Shown in pieces: positions 38,001 to 42,721 of a DNA stretch of 42,721 nucleotides; position 1 is the stretch's first letter, and every line of letters begins with the position of its first letter. The notes below the pieces were generated by a model. It made no database searches, was not told the DNA's origin, and saw only the letters and a list, made by a program, of their open reading frames with translations. Source of the DNA: a bacterium (lineage in GTDB: Bacteria > UBA10199 > 2-02-FULL-44-16 > DYJF01). Position numbers and translations under genes: made by a program. The stretch is from positions 1 to 42,721 of the forward strand of contig JBGSNL010000067.1 of assembly GCA_041739675.1 (NCBI GenBank). Direction: 5' to 3'.

Positions 38001-39521
38001 CTAATCGGGCTGAGCGTATTTGTGGCTGCGCTTGGGCTTCTTGGCATGCTCCTCCATAGGCACCTCGCCCCTCGGCTCGTCTGTCTTTAGAACGGGCGTC
38101 AGCGCCATCTGCTCGCGACGCTGCTCAACTTCCCTAACCTTCACCTGCGCCGGAAGCGTGCCGTCGCCGCGCACGATCGTCGGTTTTATGAAGACCATGA
38201 GCTCCGTGTTATCCTTGATGCGGTTCTTCGATTTGAAGAGGTTGCCCAAAAGCGGGATGCGCGATAAGTACGGAACGTTCTTTTTCGTCAGCGTATCGGA
38301 ATAACGGGAAAGACCTCCGATGACGGTCGTCTCACCGTCTCTTATGAGCACGGATGTCTTGGCCGTGTTGTCCACGACGATCGGTATTCCTTCTATTGCG
38401 CGCGTGAAATCAGGCTGCGACGTGATCGCTTCGATATCTAACTTCACATACTCGTCCACCGAGATATGCGGCGTGACGTTGAGTTCGACTCCGGTCTTTA
38501 TCTCCTGAAGCCCAGTGCCGCCCGCGTTTGTTGGTAAACTTCCGGTCGTTCCAATATTCACGTCGCCCACCGTTTTGATAAGAAGCGTCGAGCCGCTTCT
38601 GATGTGGGCACTCTTTCCGTTCGACGTGACGATGGACGGATCCGATATGATATAGACGTCGCCGCGCTGTTCGGCTTCCGTGATCTGCACGTCTATGTTT
38701 GTATTGCCGGCAAGTTGACCTATTAAAAGACCCAAACCGCTCGTGGGGCTTGTCGCCGGCAAATTCGTGTTGAGCGGATTCGTGCTGTCTGCCGTTCCCA
38801 CAGCGGAAACGCCCGTGACGTTAACTTTGTTGCCCGACATGTTCATGCCCCACTGGATGCCCAGCGATCTTGAAAAAGTGCGTGTGGCCTCCATGATCTT
38901 CGCTTCAATCAAAACCTGCGCATCCCTTATGTCGACATCTTCAATGAGACGCCTGACGTTCCCGAGATTAGCCGGCAGTTCGCGCACAATCAGAGAGTTC
39001 GTACGTTCGTCGGCAAGAAGCGATCCCCTCGACGAGAGAAGTTTTTGCACCGATTCCTGCATGTCTTTAGCGACCGCATAGCGCAGGCGAAACGTCTCCG
39101 TCCTCAAGTCCTCTCCGCTCTCCTGAAAGATAGCCTTTGCACCGACGCGAACAACGGCGCCTTCAACCGTAAACTCCATGGCATTGGCTTTCACAATGGA
39201 AGTGATCGCCTCACGCACTGAAATATTGCGAAAGCTCACGGTTACGAGGCCGGTAACACCTTCGGGTATGATTATGTTTGTGCGGCCGATCCAGCTTAAG
39301 AACTGAAGAGCATCGCGAAGAGCAGCTTGACGGAATTCGACGTCATAGAGCACCTCCGCCTCCGGCCCCATTACAGCTGTTGGAGAGAGACGATTGACCG
39401 ATCCTGTATCGACACCCGACGGCTGGGCAAAAAGTGACCTGGAAGAAAACATCACTACTGCAACCATTATGAGCTTTATCGCCGCATTTTTTATTTTTGA
39501 GCTTTGATTTTTTGGCTTCAC
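38001..39521 (-). CDS. Secretin (PilQ/MshL-like, no AMIN domains)
   Basis: DERTNSLIV, QVLIEAKI, VPYLSRIPLLGNLFK, ELMVFIKPTIV; GTG start at 39521 followed by a signal peptide. Confidence 0.9.
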   Translation of the reverse strand: MKPKNQSSKIKNAAIKLIMVAVVMFSSRSLFAQPSGVDTGSVNRLSPTAVMGPEAEVLYDVEFRQAALRDALQFLSWIGRTNIIIPEGVTGLVTVSFRNISVREAITSIVKANAMEFTVEGAVVRVGAKAIFQESGEDLRTETFRLRYAVAKDMQESVQKLLSSRGSLLADERTNSLIVRELPANLGNVRRLIEDVDIRDAQVLIEAKIMEATRTFSRSLGIQWGMNMSGNKVNVTGVSAVGTADSTNPLNTNLPATSPTSGLGLLIGQLAGNTNIDVQITEAEQRGDVYIISDPSIVTSNGKSAHIRSGSTLLIKTVGDVNIGTTGSLPTNAGGTGLQEIKTGVELNVTPHISVDEYVKLDIEAITSQPDFTRAIEGIPIVVDNTAKTSVLIRDGETTVIGGLSRYSDTLTKKNVPYLSRIPLLGNLFKSKNRIKDNTELMVFIKPTIVRGDGTLPAQVKVREVEQRREQMALTPVLKTDEPRGEVPMEEHAKKPKRSHKYAQPD

Positions 39522-39522
39522 T

Positions 39523-39891
39523 TTACAGCCCCCCCATCGTGAGCACGTAGACCTCATCCATGCGGCGTAAAATGACGCGCCCCTTTTCTATCACATCAAC
39601 CTTGAAGCCACCTATGCGATCTCCGCGCTCTACAAGATAACCGCTGATCAATGCATAAGCACGGCTTTCGTTCATGACGATTCCTGTCAAAACGAGATCT
39701 TCCAATGTCAGATCCTCTGCGGTTGAAACACTCGGAGCAAAAGGACTTGTGGGCGCCCGCTTCGCTTCACCCTTTGACAGGCTCTCAAAAGCCGAAACAT
39801 TCAGGTCGGAGAGAGACTGCGCATGAACCCAACCGCCCGAAAAAACCAAAGCAAACAAGGCTATGAAAACCGGCAGAAAACATCTTAACAT
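39523..39891 (-). CDS. Small exported MshK/PilP-position accessory protein
   Basis: Signal peptide; LVLTGIV...ALISG..V..GDRIGG..V..I...VIL; lies between the PilO-like gene and the secretin. Confidence 0.65.
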   Translation of the reverse strand: MLRCFLPVFIALFALVFSGGWVHAQSLSDLNVSAFESLSKGEAKRAPTSPFAPSVSTAEDLTLEDLVLTGIVMNESRAYALISGYLVERGDRIGGFKVDVIEKGRVILRRMDEVYVLTMGGL

Positions 39892-39916
39892 AGGCCCCCC
39901 GATAAACTTACGCATT

Positions 39917-40525
39917 TCATTTTTTTGCAGCTCCGCCTGCAAAATACACCCAAAGAGTGATCCTCGCATCGAGCTTTCCTCCCACACCTTTGCCTTTTGA
40001 GATCCCGATGCCGCGTACCAGAAACGGCCGCTCAATCTCTTCTACAGCCTTGAGATAGCGCTCCACAGCGGCATATCCGCCCTCGAGAATGACATCTATG
40101 GGTATTGCGCTGTAGTTAGGAAATGCGGTCTCCTTGCCGACCAGGATATTTTTGACATCAACGTTGGACGCCAGTTCGCGGGACGAAAGCGCACTCACGA
40201 CGGCCGCCACCTCCTGGTTTTTATCTATAGCCTGACGGCTCAAGACCCTTACACCCCTGCCACCCGTCTTATTCTCTTCAGGAATGTTTGCCGCCGCCGC
40301 CTGCGCTTCCCGCGCCGTCATATCGAGAACCTTTTTTATCGTTTCCACCTGCATCGCTATCAGCTTCAGATCGGCCCTGGACTTACCCACCGCATCTTCA
40401 ATCGGCAACCAGAGCACACGAATGCACGGGATCAAAAGCAAAAAAGGAACGATCGCAAAGAGGGCCTTCTCCCTGAGCGTCGGTTCACTCTTCCAGTCTA
40501 CGTTTAGAAATCCAGCTTTCATCAT
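39917..40525 (-). CDS. PilO/MshJ-like inner-membrane protein
   Basis: LREK + TM + coiled coil; PIDVILEGGY..V..YL..VE C-terminal pattern. Confidence 0.75.
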   Translation of the reverse strand: MMKAGFLNVDWKSEPTLREKALFAIVPFLLLIPCIRVLWLPIEDAVGKSRADLKLIAMQVETIKKVLDMTAREAQAAAANIPEENKTGGRGVRVLSRQAIDKNQEVAAVVSALSSRELASNVDVKNILVGKETAFPNYSAIPIDVILEGGYAAVERYLKAVEEIERPFLVRGIGISKGKGVGGKLDARITLWVYFAGGAAKK

Positions 40526-41088
40526 CCACCCACGACTAATACTTGCATTTCCATTCCATAAGAGAAAACGCGGCTGTCTGTCTCGCTTCGCTTTGCTTCA
40601 GTCAAAGAAACGTTTCTGAACATTGGAGACGCCTGTACCCGCTGCATGAATTCGACAATGGAGTGCATCGACGGCGCAACTCCTTCGATTCGCAAACCAA
40701 AACGGCCCTCTTTGATATCTTCAGAGGACCTCACCTGCGTAATTCTCACGTGAGGCGGAATTCTCCCCTGCAGATCATCCAGTACGCGCGACCATCTTGG
40801 CGGACTTTCAAACATCGCGATCAGATCCTGCTGCTTCGCTTTGTCGAGCCTTGGGCCGGAAAGCTGCATCATGGCGAGTCTTCTTTCCTGATCCTGCATG
40901 AGAGCTGCCAATTGCGACTTGCCCTTCTGTATACTGCGCTGCGCGTACCATAAGCGAACGTGTTCGATCCCGGTAATGAGAACAAGAAACAAAAACCACG
41001 CTATCAAAATGAACACTATGTGCTGGTAGTCAAGGACCAGGCCTTTCCTGCCGATGAAATTCATTCTCTGGATTTGCCGGTCATTCAT
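40522..41088 (-). CDS. PilN-like protein
   Basis: MNFI N-terminal motif, TM, WSRVLDDL..IPPHV, IEGVA, SPMFRNV. Confidence 0.78.
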   Translation of the reverse strand: MNDRQIQRMNFIGRKGLVLDYQHIVFILIAWFLFLVLITGIEHVRLWYAQRSIQKGKSQLAALMQDQERRLAMMQLSGPRLDKAKQQDLIAMFESPPRWSRVLDDLQGRIPPHVRITQVRSSEDIKEGRFGLRIEGVAPSMHSIVEFMQRVQASPMFRNVSLTEAKRSETDSRVFSYGMEMQVLVVGG

Positions 41089-42134
41089 GGGATAGCCAGT
41101 CCAAAGGCCGCGGCGAAAATTGCGGATCTGTCCGCCACGACCGGATCGAGTTTATCCTTTGCAACACGCGCGAAAGGATCAAAAATTTGCGTCGGGATAC
41201 CCAACGATTTTTGCATGTGAGAAGTTATTCCAGGGCAATAAGCACCTATCCCGCACAGGTATATCGAATCGACACGTTCAACACCGAAAAGTATCGAAAA
41301 GGCGTCAATTGAACGCTGTGCTTCAATGATAAGCTGGCTATAGTATTGGCTCAGTACGTCTGCAACCTCAGGCCGGACTGCTACGGTTTTTCTCTCAAAC
41401 GAGAGATTTTCGACGACGACCCCCGCTGCTTCTCCCTCGCCGATACTCATGTTTCTTGACACAAATTTGGCCAGCGAATCGAAATTTATCCCCGTCATGG
41501 GCCTTGAGAAGAGCAACTGGCCTTCCGCCATTACAGTGAAATACGTGCTGGCCTCCCCTATCGAAATGCAAACCACCGTCTGCCCAGGCTGCCAGCCCAA
41601 GTTGTAGTGGAAGGCTGCCAAGAGAGCGGTGGCCTGAGGCTCAAGCGCAATGAGCTTCAGGCCCGCCTGCTTCAGTATTTCAATGTGCTCTTTGATGGCC
41701 TTCTTGGAAACACCGTATGCCGCGTACGACGTCCGGTCAGCTTCGCCCCATCCCTCAATCTGGGTATAGCCCACATCGTAATCCTCGATGGGGCAATCGA
41801 TGTACTCGCGAAAATTCCATTTAATCGCCTCTATCAGGTCCCGCTCCGGCATTTTTGCAAAGACCATCCGCCTGATACGCAAGGAAGGATCGTCAATGTT
41901 GACCGCAGCCCGTGACAGTCCGCCGCCCGCCTGTTTCAAAAAAGCGTGGAGCCTCTGCTGGTCCGCGGGAGACGTTTGTCTCAATGAAACGTTGATGGAG
42001 CCGCAGGCGGCAATGTCAAAGGTGGATTCGGACCTTTTTGACAGTTTGACGAGCCTGACCGATCGCGAATCAAAATCGATTCCCAGCCGGTCCGGACGCC
42101 TCTTCCAAAACGACGCGATGCTTTGAATGTCCAC
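41085..42134 (-). CDS. PilM-like actin-fold assembly protein
   Basis: LGID, AGLKLIALE, ISIG..ST, IYLCG, FDPF, AAFGLA; GTG start at 42134 with GGAG SD. Confidence 0.82.
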   Translation of the reverse strand: MDIQSIASFWKRRPDRLGIDFDSRSVRLVKLSKRSESTFDIAACGSINVSLRQTSPADQQRLHAFLKQAGGGLSRAAVNIDDPSLRIRRMVFAKMPERDLIEAIKWNFREYIDCPIEDYDVGYTQIEGWGEADRTSYAAYGVSKKAIKEHIEILKQAGLKLIALEPQATALLAAFHYNLGWQPGQTVVCISIGEASTYFTVMAEGQLLFSRPMTGINFDSLAKFVSRNMSIGEGEAAGVVVENLSFERKTVAVRPEVADVLSQYYSQLIIEAQRSIDAFSILFGVERVDSIYLCGIGAYCPGITSHMQKSLGIPTQIFDPFARVAKDKLDPVVADRSAIFAAAFGLAIP

Positions 42135-42138
42135 GATA

Positions 42139-42721
42139 TCACTCCGATTCAAGATCTTCCACATGCCTTCTGACGTCGTCGATGAGTTTCTGGGGGGCAT
42201 CCTTTTTGAGTTCGATGAATTTCTTATAATATGCCACCGCGAGCCGCGCGTCCCCCTCCTCATCTTCTATAATCGCCATATGGAAGGCGGCATCGGCGTA
42301 GCCGGGATCAAGGGACATGGCCTTGGAGAGCCGCTCTTTCGCTATTGTGAGATTCTCTTCATCCATATCGAGGATGGCCAGGTTGTTAAGACACTGGACG
42401 CAATCGGGTTTCATCTGAAGGGCTTTTTCAAAAAATTCACGCGCTTTCACAACATCGCCCTTTCTCTTTGATATTAGTCCCATGTTATTCCAGATTTCGG
42501 CGTCCAGGGGATCTAACTGTCCCGCAGTTGCAAGACGCACCCATGCATCGTCAAGATTGTTCTGCTGGTAAGACTTCATCGCGTCATCTTTCAAACGTTT
42601 CGCCTCAGCTTGCTTCGACCCTGTGTCATCGGCAGACACGGCCGAAGAGGTTGACACCGGCGCAATAGGCTTCGGGGAAGCGCTCTTTCCTGCGAAAAAC
42701 TTGTCGTAGGCCATATAAGCC
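42139..42721 (-). CDS. Tetratricopeptide-repeat protein (5' end probably beyond the window)
   Basis: TPR patterns (AEIWNNMG, CLNNLA, ADAAFHMA); frame stays open to the right edge. Confidence 0.85.
   Translation of the reverse strand, partial: AYMAYDKFFAGKSASPKPIAPVSTSSAVSADDTGSKQAEAKRLKDDAMKSYQQNNLDDAWVRLATAGQLDPLDAEIWNNMGLISKRKGDVVKAREFFEKALQMKPDCVQCLNNLAILDMDEENLTIAKERLSKAMSLDPGYADAAFHMAIIEDEEGDARLAVAYYKKFIELKKDAPQKLIDDVRRHVEDLESE

Overview
Bacterial chromosomal window, mostly transcribed from the minus strand. Gene order (rpiB-glyA-nrdR-rib-nusB, 2-oxoacid:ferredoxin oxidoreductase, sigma54 promoters) suggests a deltaproteobacteria-like lineage; this is inference only. Left to right: (1) a >1,050-aa unknown protein that runs off the left edge and is missing from the ORF track, plus a 391-aa low-complexity unknown protein, both behind a sigma54 promoter flanked by a 7-bp tandem repeat; (2) a peptidoglycan turnover cluster (nagZ plus a Dpp/Opp-type ABC system without ATPase genes, divergent from dacB, an MltD-like transglycosylase and a lipoprotein); (3) comEC preceded by two unknown proteins that share a motif, behind a sigma54+IHF promoter and an internal GCAAC...CCGATAA motif; (4) MGMT and a udp-nupC-tdk salvage cluster; (5) housekeeping blocks rpsP-khpA-rimM-trmD-rplS-rnhB and panD-yceD-rpmF-acpP-rpiB-glyA-nrdR-rib-nusB-ispH, lacking the usual plsX/fab genes; (6) an IlvC-like protein with altered active-site residues divergent from panD, then amrB and gltX; (7) a 493-aa unknown protein behind a second GCAAC...CCGATAA motif, a cold-shock-domain protein and 2-oxoacid:ferredoxin oxidoreductase alpha/beta; (8) a TPR-PilM-PilN-PilO-MshK-like-secretin type IV filament cluster truncated at the right edge. 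No rRNA, tRNA, CRISPR array or transposase was seen. All calls come from motif recognition, with no database searches.
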